Origin: Paraspadella gotoi
Taxonomy: Eukaryota; Animalia; Chaetognatha
DNA: 64,000 nt
Direction: 5' to 3'
Assembly: GCA_051294375.1 (NCBI GenBank)
Contig: CM119265.1
Location: forward strand, 3,511,869-3,575,868
Below the pieces are notes generated by a model. That model made no database searches. It worked only from the letters and a program-made list of their open reading frames with translations, and had not been told where the DNA came from. Shown here one piece after another: positions 1 through 13,641 of this stretch; positions within the stretch are counted from its first letter, which is position 1, and each line of letters begins with the position of its first letter. The position numbers were made by a program, and so were the translations under genes.

Positions 1-65
1 GGCGAGACCGCGGGCGGCGACGGCGGACATTGCGGCGGCGAATGATGCGGCTTTTTGGTGATCGG
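1..65 (-). CDS. Next coding exon of the same gene, truncated by the window edge (copy 1)
   Basis: Acceptor ctttctcAG (CAG at 68-66) after a long pyrimidine tract. The phase-1 join to the 487-1083 exon reads ADHQKAASFAAAMSAVAARGLA in frame. Confidence 0.7.
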
Positions 66-486
66 CTGAGAAAGGATGGAAAGGCGGGGAGAAGGGAGAG
101 AGAGGGAGAGAGGGAGAGAGAGAGAGGGAGTCAGTTTTATTGTCAATATTTGGACAATCAACTCTAATAAACTCCGAATAAATTATATGAGCTCGATATA
201 ACTTATATTATAAGTTTAAATATTTTTAAAAAGTAAAGATTAACAAAATTAAAGATGCAAATGAAAACATTTTGCTTGTGGTTCTCGTGTGCAGTTTTTA
301 ATTAAATTGCCATATATTAAGACTTTTTTTTAATTAAAAATTGTAACTATTTATGGTAGCAAGAATTAAGTTACTAGTTTCTACCATTTTTCCTCTTCAA
401 AGATTCATCGCTGATTGGTCGAAAGGGAATCCTTCTCAACCAATCAGCATCCGACAATTTAGAATCCGACCTTTTCTTCAACTTAC

Positions 487-1083
487 CCGACGCTTCTCCT
501 CCTCCGTGGACGTGAGGGAACCACGGATACAACCCCGCCGCCGCCGCCGCCGCCGCCGACTTTAAAAAGTTTGGCGGCGACGCCGGCGGCGCTTCGGACG
601 CCGCTTTCCCCGCAGTCGCCGCCGCGACGCCGGCAAGCGACGCCGCGTGGAGGTCCATGGGCGCCGCTTCCACCGGCGACGCAGAGTGTCGCGGATAGAA
701 TCGCGCCTCGATGCCGGGCGACGCCGCGCGAAAATCGAGGCGGCGTCTATCGGGAGAAGACGACGCCGGGAATGACGAGGCCGGGGGCGCCACTGGTGGC
801 GACGCGGAGCGACGGGAAAACGAACGACGACGCCGCTTCGACGCGTCGTCGCGTAAGAGGACGCCGATGCTGAAGGGAAGTTGGGAGACTGCGGAAGACG
901 ACGACGACGAAGTTGGTTCCGTCTTGGAGGTGTTGTTGTTGTTGTTGTTGTTGTTNNNNNNNNNNNNNNNNNNNNNNNNNGTTGCTGGATTGAGGTGGTG
1001 GAGGAGAGGGAGTCGTGCGGCGGTGGAGGTGGTGGGAGAGGAGGTGGGATGGGAGGGACTCTCCAGGTTGAGGGGTTCGTCGA
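487..1083 (-). CDS. Internal coding exon of an eh1-containing developmental transcription factor, probably an ANTP/NK-like homeobox N-terminus (copy 1)
   Basis: GC-rich island with acceptor ccccttcaacAG (CAG at 1086-1084) and donor GTAAGT (486-481), phase 1 at both ends. Translates as (V)DEPLNLESPSHPTSSPTTSTAA...NNNNTSKTEPTSSSSSSAVSQLPFSIGVLLRDDASKRRRR...PMDLHAASLAGV...SAAAAAAAGLYPWFPHVHGGGEAS. eh1-like FSIxxLL at 854-874, LYPWF at 518-532. Contains a 25-N gap (956-980) and at least one indel. Confidence 0.75.
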
Positions 1084-1146
1084 CTGTTGAAGGGGTTTGG
1101 GGGGGGGAAAGAAAAGGGATTAATTAATTAATAAATAATAAACAAA

Positions 1147-1177
<31 letters not shown>

Positions 1178-1749
1178 TATTTATTATCTATTATTATTAT
1201 TATTATTATTATTATTATCGTGTAAACAACAAAAAGAAAAAAAAAATGTAACGAAACCCCAAAAGACAAACGATTCAACTTGAGTTCAATATAACTTATT
1301 TAACGTATTTAACAATGTATTTTTATTGTAATGTATTGTTATGCATGTATGGAATTGAATTGAATTGAATTGTTATGTATTTGTATTTGTTTGTATTGTA
1401 TTGCTATAGTATGTATTGTTTTGTTTTGTTTTGTATTTGTATTGTATTGTATTGTATTGTATTGTATTGTATTATTGTATTGTATTGTATTGTATTGTAT
1501 GTATTTGTAGGGACTTTAAGACTTGGTTCGAAGCAAATGGACACTGCTCGTCACACTAGTGAACTCCTTCGAAGAGCATTTTCCCGTAATCAGCGCCCTA
1601 ATTTTCTTATCGTTAAAATATCCACCGGAAATCTCCATAGAGAGAGAGAGACCGCAGGAGAGAGAGAGAGAGACCGATTTATTGTGATTCGATTGAGCAA
1701 ATTAAGCGAATGAGGTTGACAAGGGGGAGAAATCTAAGCCTAAGAGTGA

Positions 1750-1785
<36 letters not shown>

Positions 1786-2033
1786 TGACTCATTCACCTT
1801 TACTATAGTTTGTGAAATGAAATCACAACAGAGTTTCACTTCTTTGTTCCTACTTTATTCCGCCCCCGTTTTAGAGGTGCAATGACATTGTGGTGAGAGT
1901 GTCGAGGTGAACAGAAGAGAGGAGAGAGAGGAGGAGATGACCGAGAGAGGAGAAGAGAGAGAGAGAAGAAGACCAGAGAGAGAGAGACGAGAGAGAGAGG
2001 TACTTTTTTTCTCAATTATATATATTACACTGA

Positions 2034-3043
2034 TAGGCGTTGAAAAATAACGGAATTAACAAATCAAGTGAGGTTACATAGCTTTTAGTGTACATAAAGT
2101 CTGTAGAATTCGGTGATGATAACCATTTTTTTTTGTATAGTCTCATCTTCTTTCGAAACGGCGATTTTTGCCAGCATATAAGTGTAGCATATTAAAATGG
2201 ATACAAACATTGTAGAGTATAGAAACTCAAATTATTAAGATTTTATAAAAAGCCCATATTTAACTTACATAATAGGAAATAAAGACCTATAAATACTTTT
2301 GGAAGTTTATTTACAAATTTATATTTTATTAATAGTTGTTAGCTATATTTATTAATAAATAATAATAAAAATAAGCTAAAGGTGAAAAAACTACAAAAAT
2401 TTAAATTTTAAAAACCAGATTGAATTCCTTACAAAAAGGTTTTTGATTATAAGGAAAATATAATCCATTTTTTAAAAATTCTTTCAATTAAGTAGGTAAA
2501 ATATTAACAACTATTATTTTTGTTTAATTTTTCAATTTGGCTTAAAATTATAGTTTTTCTGAATTTTTGACCAACCTTATGACATAATTTTGATATTAAA
2601 AATTTATATTTCTATTATCAACTTTTTGCAAAGAATGCAAATCCATGAAAAAAAAACTTTTGATATATTATTATTTTTTAACTTTAGCCCAATTTTTACT
2701 TCATAATTATTAATAAATATAACGTTAACTAACTTTTATAAAACCATTAAAAATTTAGATATAAACTTACCAAAAATCTTATTTATTAATCTTTATATTT
2801 TTATATTTCAAAGGCTTATATAAATTTTATAAAAATTTAATAATTGATTTATCATAACTTATAATGGTTTTAATAATTTATATACATTAACAAAAACCCT
2901 TATTTTCGACAAGCAAAAGATAAATTATTACAAAAAAGAAAAAAATGTTCATCACCATCGAATTCTACAGACGTACATTACCACTAAAAATAGCTAATGT
3001 ACCTCACTTTGATTTGTTACTTTTGTTATTTTTCAACGCTCTA
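2034..3043. mobile_element. Non-autonomous DNA transposon (MITE-like), about 1 kb with about 105-110 bp TIRs (copy 1)
   Basis: Left end ggcgttgaaaaataac...aacaaatcaagtgagg..catagc..ttagtg...gtctgtagaattcg...gatga..accattttttttgta is the reverse complement of about 2925-3043. Very AT-rich interior with no ORF. TSD not resolved. Confidence 0.8.
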
Positions 3044-3051
3044 ATATTATA

Positions 3052-3673
3052 CAGGTCCTGTGCAAAAAAAAAAGAGGATACCCTTAAAACTTAAGTGTGC
3101 GATTTTTTTAAAAATATGAATGATAAATGTAGATTTTGAAATGAGAAATCCATCATGAGTAAGTTTAAGAAAAAGAGTCGCGTTCAAGCACTCAGAGCAT
3201 TATGCTCCTGCTTGAAAAGACAAGATTGATCAAAAATATTTGTATACTTTTTAGTCATTACAAAAAATCAGTTTTTTAATATTTGCCTTAAAAACTGAAG
3301 TTAGTTTTTTAGCTCTTAATTTATGGCGCATTGCTATTTATATATTTTTAAAATTATGGAATGGGAAAGTAAGGACATTAAAAAAATCCATATATAATTA
3401 TAACTTTTAAAAAAAGTCTCAGATCATTCGAGAGGTTTAAAAATACTATAATTTTTTTTCTTTGCTCTGACATTTTGTTTGAGTTCTTAGTAGTTGTACC
3501 TAGTAGTTACTTTTAAAAAATCACTGCTTTTGTAATGGGAATCACCAAATATAACAATATTTGTTCTTTTAATTAATATTTTTACTTTATTAATATTTTT
3601 TTTATTTTAAAGGAATCCAACCTTAATTTATTTTCCTTATGTTTTTGTTGTCCTCTTTTTTTTCACAGGACTG
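3052..3673. mobile_element. Tc1/mariner-type MITE, about 0.6 kb, TA target site (copy 1)
   Basis: TA|CAG(G)TCCTGTGCAAAAAAAAAAGAGGA ... TCCTCTTTTTTTTCACAGGACTG|TA. Short TIRs starting CAGT flanked by TA. No transposase ORF. Confidence 0.82.
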
Positions 3674-3905
3674 TATAATAGTGAATTATATCATTATATA
3701 TCTAATATATATTGATAAGAAAGATGCACCCAAAAGAAAGTGATTATTAATAGGGAATCTATTTATCAGGTGAAGGAAGTTAAACAGAATCTGTTGGGAA
3801 AGAAAAACCGCCGCCGCACGTCTCGTCGCCGCGCAAAAAGAAAGAAAAGGAAAAAAAAAAAAAAAAAAAAAGAAAATAAAAAAAAAAAAAAAAAAAAAAT
3901 AAAAG

Positions 3906-3966
<61 letters not shown>

Positions 3967-3977
3967 AAAAAAAAAAA

Positions 3978-4051
<74 letters not shown>

Positions 4052-4112
4052 AAAGAAAAATCAAAAAAAAAAAAAAAAAAAAAAATAAAAAAAAAAAAAA
4101 AAAAAAAAAAAA

Positions 4113-4143
<31 letters not shown>

Positions 4144-4209
4144 CAAAAAAAAAAAAACAAAAAAAAAAAAAAAAAAAAAAAAAAAAGAAAGTGAAAAAAG
4201 AAAAAAAAG

Positions 4210-4266
<57 letters not shown>

Positions 4267-4590
4267 AATTAAGAAAGAAAGATAAGAAAGATAAAGAAAA
4301 GAAAGGAAAAGAGAAGAAGAAAGAAAGAAAGAAAAAAAAGAAAGAAGAAAGAAAGGAAAGAAAGAAAGAAAGAAAGAAAAAAGAAAGAAAGACTAGAGAG
4401 ACAGAAAGATCGAGAGTGAGAACCTACCAAACCCAAATTCTACCAAAAATTTTTTATTATTCGTGAAAAAACCATAATCGATACAAATTGTCTTAATTTA
4501 AATTCCATCGTGAATCTTTTAGGGGGCGGAAAAAAAAAGAGAGAGAGAGAGAGAACGAGAGAGACTGAGAGAGAGAGAGAAAGAGAGAGC

Positions 4591-4635
<45 letters not shown>

Positions 4636-6063
4636 TCGTCCCTCAATTATTCCGGGGTTGCGTCCCCGCGTCCTCACGAATCTTTTCATGATTCCATTAG
4701 GTTAAAAAATTAAAATCTGTGTATAGAAATCTTTTTTTCCTCGATTATATCTTTGTGATTTATTACTTTGAAATGGAGCGCCTAACTTTCAAGGAAAAAA
4801 AAAGAACCTTGGTACATAGTAAACTTGGGTTCACCACTCTCCTTTCTTCTTAACCCCTCGACAGTTTCCATGTTTTAGATGAATTCTCCCAACCCGAATC
4901 AAATGACCTCAAAAAAATAATAAAAATAATGGCTCTTTATTTCAAGAGTGTTCCATTTATGTTCCGATTTATCCTAGAATTTAATTATTTTTTTATTTTA
5001 TTAGTTTAAACATGTTTTCAAAATCTGTGAACCCAAATCCTGTAACCCTAATCCTTACCCTAATTTCTAATCCTGAACTCTAATCCTAAACCCTATTCAC
5101 TTACAAAATCCTTAAATCTTATTTAATATTCCTAACTTAACCTATCTTTAACTAAAAAAAAATTCAGAATTAAAAGACGAAATGCGGGCGTTATGGGGAA
5201 AATGAGGCCGGACAACAGCGAAGTCGTTTACGTCCAAACTGCCAAGTCTTTTAAATGAGTACTCTGCATTGTCGCTCGCTTTAAATCAGTTCGCTTTACT
5301 GTACTTGCGTTTAAAACGCGACAGGAAATGAATAAGTAACGCAAAGGTTGGTCGAGACTGTGGATTGGCTGTCAAATTTGGGTTTTTTTTGGTCGAAAAC
5401 ATTCTTTTTGTACTTGTCTCATGTCTAGAAATACATTTAATTCTTTTTAATTTATGGCCATGTTTTCTTCGGGGATAGGTTGTACAGCGAAAAACCGCCA
5501 AAAATTTCGATAACATTGTACAACCCAGAATGATAATTTATTAATTTATTTTATTTGTCTCTCAGGACGTTGGAGGGAAGTTTATCAAAAGTGAGTAATG
5601 AATATGAGGCAAAGATATTAAATTCATAAAAAAGACATAATCAGATTTTAAAATACCCAAAGAATCTGTTCCTTTTCCCCTAACTACCTATCGACCCACC
5701 ATTAAAGCCCCAGCCGCCATTCACCCTCACCACCCTGCACCCTCACCCTTCTTCGTTTTGTGACCCAAACTCAAACTTTTGCACCTTCTCACAAAAATCT
5801 CACAAAATCCTTTGCCTTCACAACCCGAACAAATCCTTTTGCCTAATTTCGTTTTGACGTAACGAAGATTCTTTCCATTTGACAAAAATATTATTTTTAA
5901 CCCCTCGACCTCATTTCTTCTCTCCGGCTTTTTCTTTCTTTTTTTGTTGCTTTGATACCTTCTTTCTTTCTCCACTTTATGTTATTTTCGAAGCTTCTTT
6001 TCACCTTCTGTTCTTATTTTTCTTTGATACCTTCTTTCTTGCTTTAATACCTTCTTTCTTCTC

Positions 6064-6096
<33 letters not shown>

Positions 6097-6548
6097 TTTC
6101 TTCTTTCTTTCTTTCTTTCTTTCTGTCTTTCTTTCTTTCTTTCCTTTCTTCTTCTTTCTTTCTTCTTTCTTTCTTTTTTTTTCTTTCTTTCAATAATTTA
6201 TTTTCTTACAATATCTTCTCTACAGCTTCTTTATCTCTGTATATGATATCTCTTTCATAGCCAACATTTCCCTTCAAGGAAATGATAAAAAGTTATTTAT
6301 TTACTTTTTTATTTAACCCCAAATTTCAAAAAAATTGACGTCACTCCTCGCCGACTTTTTTATTACGAACACAGTTGATGTCCTTATTTGGTGTATCACC
6401 CTGAGAAAATATTGCTTTTTGACCAAAATTAGTCGTCGTCGTCGTCGCAACGGGTCACAAAGAAGTATATCTGTCTTCTTCAAAATCGTCTTTAATCGAA
6501 TCAACTTCTGATGACTTTTACATTAAATCTCTCTCTCTCCTCTCTCTC

Positions 6549-6594
<46 letters not shown>

Positions 6595-7384
6595 CTCTTC
6601 TCACTTCCAAACCACCCGGGTCATGCCTCTCACTATCTCCTATCTCTCTCTCTCTCTCTCCTCTCTCTCCTCTCTCTCTCTCTCTCTCCTCCTCTCTCTC
6701 TCTCTCTCTCTCTCCTCTCTCTCTCCATTTTATTTAACAGGGCTCCACAGATCTGAGGAAAAAAAAAAGAAAGGGGGCCGTCGGGATTCGAACCGGGGCG
6801 ATGGGATTTCTCTTAATTTCCCTTAATTCAATCAAACCTCTGGAGATTCACGGGCGATGGCTTCACGCTGACCGTGAATGAGGAGAGAAAGAGGAGTGGA
6901 AGGTAAGAAGAACGGAGAATTTAAAAGGGGGGAAAGGGAAAGGCCAGAGAGGCGGGAAAGAACAAGAGGTATTTTTATTGCCAGTCTCCAACTTTCTATT
7001 GTGAAATCCGTGGTGAGAAGAATTTACGGTTTGTCACAATTCGGTGTCTTTTTATCTCTTTCTGTCCGATTCAAAAACTCTTAAGGGGGTTCGGGGTGTC
7101 TGCGCCGCTTAAGGGTCACTACGGCTTTTTTTAAAAAATAAACCGAAGAGAAAAATATCCAAAGAATTTTTGAATTCCATGAGGGTAAATCTCGAATTAT
7201 TAACTAAGCAAATGGTATTAAGTAAAGGATATTGAAAAAGTTTTTTTTCAATTTAAAACTAATCTAAATACAAAATCAGATCCCTAAAAAAAACAAACTT
7301 TCTTCACCGTCAATTTACGCAAATGAAAAAAAAAACGATTAAAATCCTTTCTTTGCATTTTTTTTTTTCTCTCTCTCTCTCTCT

Positions 7385-7426
<42 letters not shown>

Positions 7427-8181
7427 TCTCTCTCTCTCTCTCACCCTCCCTTTAAGGCGCCCAATGACTCAGTGTGTTTGCTCCCAGAATCTTCTTCGTT
7501 AATTGTTGTTTAATAGTTTTTTAATTTAGATTCCTCCGTCTCAGACAATTAAGGGACAAGTCGTATTCGCTATCGGTCGCCATCGGCGTCGTCGTCGTCG
7601 CCGTTCGTCGTCGTGGGGCAAAGAAGAAGCTTTTTCCCAATATAAAAGGTTGATAATCCTCTTCGGGGATTTACTAAGTAAACATTCTCTATCGAGATTT
7701 TTTGTACGATTCAATTTTTATTTTTTAACCAAAAAATAAAAGGTTAGTTTTTTTTTTTTTAAAACTATGGATGGAAGCGTTCGGTGTTTTCATTCGCCAC
7801 TAAAATCTGCTGGAGGTCCAAGAAATAATTTGCTACATCAGTACTAACTACATGTTTACTGAAAGAGAGAGAGAGAAAGAAAAAGAGAGGGAAAATATTT
7901 AAAAAGGAAAATATGGCAAGAAACTAGTTTATAAATATTGTTTATTGAGTTTAATAGCCCTATGTTTTCCCCCAAATATGCTACAGATGAGAATTCCGTG
8001 TGGCTTTTCTGCTCTCTCCCCTTTTATCTCGCCTTCCCCCCCTCCCTTTCACCGACAGCGACTTAACTTCTGTTTTTTCATCGATTCTGTCTCACAAATC
8101 TTTTTGAACTCGTCATTCTCAGATTTCTCGCTTTGTTCTTTCTTTCTTTCTTTCTTTCTTTCTCTTTTTCTTTCTTTCTTT

Positions 8182-8238
<57 letters not shown>

Positions 8239-10586
8239 TTTTTCTTTTCTCTCTATTTCCTTTTTTGGTCCTTTTTTCTTTTTTCTGTCTTCGACAGACG
8301 AGTCAAACTCTAAACCTACTCAAAAATTATCATTTTTGTTTTGTTAGCGAGAATAAATCACATTCTCTTGGATGTTTTGATAAAACGGAATTTACCGGGC
8401 GAGAAATGATGTGGCTACAGTGAAGACGACTTTAACGAAATAAAAAAATAATCAACAATTTTAGTTTAGTTTTATAGATTTGTTTGAAGTCATTAAATAA
8501 AATTTATATTAAACTTTTTAAAAACTTCAAAATACGTTTATAATAAAATAAGAGAATTCTGACTGTATTTCTGTCAAACGCCTTATGCTCTCTCATTTCG
8601 AAAATCTATCCCATTTTTGTCATTTGTGTTTTTGTCAAATTTTTCTGGATTGTACGGCGGCGCAAGGTCGGATCACTAATATGACCGACGAGGAGTCAAG
8701 ATTAAGGGAAAAATAATGTCGTCGTCGTCTTTGACGCCGCCTTTAAGGGACCCTACATTCCTCTTATTTCATCTTAATTTTTACGGGAATCGTGTGTCTT
8801 CAGAAGGGGAGCAAGGCAGTTTGGGGAGCGGGCTTTAAGTCACGGCGACAAAAATAATTTCATTCTTATGAAAAGAAGAAAAGCAAAGTCAATTTAGGTG
8901 ACATTTTATTAGAATTAGTTTACATTCCTTCTAGACTAACAATTCCTTCTCGGCTAACAACTCATTCAATACATATCCATAAGATAAACAAAATTTTATC
9001 GTTGTTGTCACTCAAATAAAAGTTTATTTCATTTACTAACTTTGCTTATAATTTTACTATTTATTCTTAGAATAGGGGAATACAATTTTTTCAGAGTCAG
9101 ACCTCCTAATATCCTGTAACGCCTTATAATTAGTTAAAATATAGTAATATTGTTTTTCCCATTGCCTTAATCGAAAGCTTTTTCGTTTTCCATAGAGATT
9201 GTAGTATACGGATTTTCCATTCATTGAGAGTTACAATCCGGCGCGCAAGAAAGAAGGTTGGTTCGGTCCCTTCATTCGCGACGGGCAAAGTTGAAAATAC
9301 TCTTCCGCCGGTGCACCCGTGAATACTAATTTTAGTTTCTTTCGTAATCGATACTGTAGCCCTGCGGAGGGACAAAACGAGATAACAGAAAAACTCTATT
9401 CACTCCACTCTCCCTTAATGAACAGATTCAAAGCTGCGACGATCAGCATGCAAAAAAGATAAATCCAAAGCGGAGAAGTAATAAGATTTAATTCGCTGCG
9501 ATCCGCGAGACGCCATCTGTTACGGTTCTGATCTCAACTAAATGACCTTTGCCATTAAAAACGGTAAAACGAAAAGTTATTATCGCTAAGGAAAAGAGGA
9601 AGAAAAAAAAATCTTAAGATCTACTTAAAAATATAGAAAAGAGAGAGAAGGGAATGAGAGAGAGAGAATGAAGAGAGGAGAGAGAAGAGGAAGAGATGAG
9701 AAGAGAGGAAAAGGAGAGAGAGAGAGAGAGAGATGTTGAATTAAAGATCAATCACTAAGCGAAAACAAAAAAAACGACTGAGCACATATCACAGAGTAAA
9801 AAAAAAAATTATAAAATCGTGTTTGTGCCTCTCGTTTTTACGAGATTAGAAATTCGGCTAATAAAAATCTCAATCAGGAGAAAAAAGAAGAGTGAAAAAA
9901 AAAAAAATTTGAACTTCGATTTCTTCTCATAATCTCACACTTTGAACGAGCTTCAATTTGAAATAATTGTAATTCGAACTGACAGAGATTCCAAACTATA
10001 AGTTATGCTGTATTAGATACGCTTGTCTTTTTTCGCCGCCTGCTTGCTCGTTTATTGTTCGAGCTTGTGGAGTATGGGATCGTTGAATGAGCGCCTTTAT
10101 TAGGAGGAAAAGTTTGTGGTAAGCACAGAATTAAAGTGTTTGCGTTACGCTAGTAGTAAAAATGAATCAAGATAAATAATAGAGTTAAAAAATGTATCAT
10201 CTGTATAAAGTTTGAATATTTTCTGCTACGTTATCCACCCCACAGATGGGTTGTAGAACATTAACCTAAACAGGAAAGACATGTGTTTTTTTTCTCTTAA
10301 TTTTTTATCGATTCGTTCTCGATTAATTTCGATTCTCAACCGAAAATCCTGATGGAATCGAATCGAATTTTTTTCTCAGCCGCGCCTCCTTAATTTTAAT
10401 CGATGACTCACGATTCCTTTTTATACTTTATTTAAGGGCGCAAATGAATTAAAAAAAAATTATTAAACTATACTAAAAAAATGGGGGAAGACATAGAGAG
10501 AAATAGAAACAACGGATAATCGTTAATGAGATTCACGAAAAAAATACACGAGAAAAGAGAAAAAAATTGGATCGAGTATCTCTCTC

Positions 10587-10622
<36 letters not shown>

Positions 10623-11124
10623 CGTTAAACAACAAAAAAGAAAAAAAAATGTAAACGAAACAAAAGACAAACGATATCAACTTGAGTTCAATATAACTTA
10701 TTTAACGTATTTAACTTGTATTTTATTGTAATGTATTGTATTGCATTGTATTGAATTGAATTGAATTGTATAGTATTGTATTGTATTGTATTGTATTGTA
10801 TAGTATTGTATTGTTTTGTTTTGNNNNNNNNNNNNNNNNNNNNNNNNNATTGTATTGTATTGTATTGTATTGTATGTATTTGTAGGGACTTTAAGACTTG
10901 GTTCGAAGCAAATGGACACTGCTCGTCACACTAGTGAACTCCTTCGAAGAGCATTTTCCCGTAATCAGCGCCCTAATTTTCTTATCGTTAAAATATCCAC
11001 CGGAAATCTCCATAGAGAGAGAGAGACCGCAGGAGAGAGAGAGAGAGACCGATTTATTGTGATTCGATTGAGCAAATTAAGCGAATGAGGTTGACAAGGG
11101 GGAGAAATCTAAGCCTAAGAGTGA

Positions 11125-11160
<36 letters not shown>

Positions 11161-11408
11161 TGACTCATTCACCTTTACTATAGTTTGTGAAATGAAATCA
11201 CAACAGAGTTTCACTTCTTTGTTCCTACTTTATTCCGCCCCCGTTTTAGAGGTGCAATGACATTGTGGTGAGAGTGTCGAGGTGAACAGAAGAGAGGAGA
11301 GAGAGGAGGAGATGACCGAGAGAGGAGAAGAGAGAGAGAGAAGAAGACCAGAGAGAGAGAGACGAGAGAGAGAGGTACTTTTTTTCTCAATTATATATAT
11401 TACACTGA

Positions 11409-12418
11409 TAGGCGTTGAAAAATAACGGAATTAACAAATCAAGTGAGGTTACATAGCTTTTAGTGTACATAAAGTCTGTAGAATTCGGTGATGATAACCA
11501 TTTTTTTTTGTATAGTCTCATCTTCTTTCGAAACGGCGATTTTTGCCAGCATATAAGTGTAGCATATTAAAATGGATACAAACATTGTAGAGTATAGAAA
11601 CTCAAATTATTAAGATTTTATAAAAAGCCCATATTTAACTTACATAATAGGAAATAAAGACCTATAAATACTTTTGGAAGTTTATTTACAAATTTATATT
11701 TTATTAATAGTTGTTAGCTATATTTATTAATAAATAATAATAAAAATAAGCTAAAGGTGAAAAAACTACAAAAATTTAAATTTTAAAAACCAGATTGAAT
11801 TCCTTACAAAAAGGTTTTTGATTATAAGGAAAATATAATCCATTTTTTAAAAATTCTTTCAATTAAGTAGGTAAAATATTAACAACTATTATTTTTGTTT
11901 AATTTTTCAATTTGGCTTAAAATTATAGTTTTTCTGAATTTTTGACCAACCTTATGACATAATTTTGATATTAAAAATTTATATTTCTATTATCAACTTT
12001 TTGCAAAGAATGCAAATCCATGAAAAAAAAACTTTTGATATATTATTATTTTTTAACTTTAGCCCAATTTTTACTTCATAATTATTAATAAATATAACGT
12101 TAACTAACTTTTATAAAACCATTAAAAATTTAGATATAAACTTACCAAAAATCTTATTTATTAATCTTTATATTTTTATATTTCAAAGGCTTATATAAAT
12201 TTTATAAAAATTTAATAATTGATTTATCATAACTTATAATGGTTTTAATAATTTATATACATTAACAAAAACCCTTATTTTCGACAAGCAAAAGATAAAT
12301 TATTACAAAAAAGAAAAAAATGTTCATCACCATCGAATTCTACAGACGTACATTACCACTAAAAATAGCTAATGTACCTCACTTTGATTTGTTACTTTTG
12401 TTATTTTTCAACGCTCTA
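11409..12418. mobile_element. Long-TIR MITE (copy 2)
   Basis: Identical to 2034-3043 at offset 9375. Confidence 0.75.
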
Positions 12419-12426
12419 ATATTATA

Positions 12427-13048
12427 CAGGTCCTGTGCAAAAAAAAAAGAGGATACCCTTAAAACTTAAGTGTGCGATTTTTTTAAAAATATGAATGATA
12501 AATGTAGATTTTGAAATGAGAAATCCATCATGAGTAAGTTTAAGAAAAAGAGTCGCGTTCAAGCACTCAGAGCATTATGCTCCTGCTTGAAAAGACAAGA
12601 TTGATCAAAAATATTTGTATACTTTTTAGTCATTACAAAAAATCAGTTTTTTAATATTTGCCTTAAAAACTGAAGTTAGTTTTTTAGCTCTTAATTTATG
12701 GCGCATTGCTATTTATATATTTTTAAAATTATGGAATGGGAAAGTAAGGACATTAAAAAAATCCATATATAATTATAACTTTTAAAAAAAGTCTCAGATC
12801 ATTCGAGAGGTTTAAAAATACTATAATTTTTTTTCTTTGCTCTGACATTTTGTTTGAGTTCTTAGTAGTTGTACCTAGTAGTTACTTTTAAAAAATCACT
12901 GCTTTTGTAATGGGAATCACCAAATATAACAATATTTGTTCTTTTAATTAATATTTTTACTTTATTAATATTTTTTTTATTTTAAAGGAATCCAACCTTA
13001 ATTTATTTTCCTTATGTTTTTGTTGTCCTCTTTTTTTTCACAGGACTG
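12427..13048. mobile_element. Tc1/mariner-type MITE (copy 2)
   Basis: Identical to 3052-3673 at offset 9375. Confidence 0.78.
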
Positions 13049-13280
13049 TATAATAGTGAATTATATCATTATATATCTAATATATATTGATAAGAAAGAT
13101 GCACCCAAAAGAAAGTGATTATTAATAGGGAATCTATTTATCAGGTGAAGGAAGTTAAACAGAATCTGTTGGGAAAGAAAAACCGCCGCCGCACGTCTCG
13201 TCGCCGCGCAAAAAGAAAGAAAAGGAAAAAAAAAAAAAAAAAAAAAGAAAATAAAAAAAAAAAAAAAAAAAAAATAAAAG

Positions 13281-13341
<61 letters not shown>

Positions 13342-13352
13342 AAAAAAAAAAA

Positions 13353-13426
<74 letters not shown>

Positions 13427-13487
13427 AAAGAAAAATCAAAAAAAAAAAAAAAAAAAAAAATAAAAAAAAAAAAAAAAAAAAAAAAAA

Positions 13488-13518
<31 letters not shown>

Positions 13519-13584
13519 CAAAAAAAAAAAAACAAAAAAAAAAAAAAAAAAAAAAAAAAAAGAAAGTGAAAAAAGAAAAAAAAG

Positions 13585-13641
<57 letters not shown>

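Noticed and set aside
711-1127. Plus-strand 138-aa ORF over the GC island
   Set aside because: Antisense shadow of the minus-strand exon, which has the splice sites and motifs.
3800-4270. Long poly-A block with poly-K/poly-F ORFs (also 13175-13645), resembling a retro-insertion tail
   Set aside because: Absent from copy 3 (about 24455) and identical in the two artefactual copies. Looks like a low-quality long-read segment.
5028-5095. TAACCC-like telomeric motifs
   Set aside because: Too degenerate and short to call an interstitial telomere.
6772-6800. tRNA-like T-loop/B-box GGTTCGAATCC on the minus strand (also about 26720-26745)
   Set aside because: No A-box, D arm or anticodon arm upstream. 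At most an isolated B-box or SINE relic.
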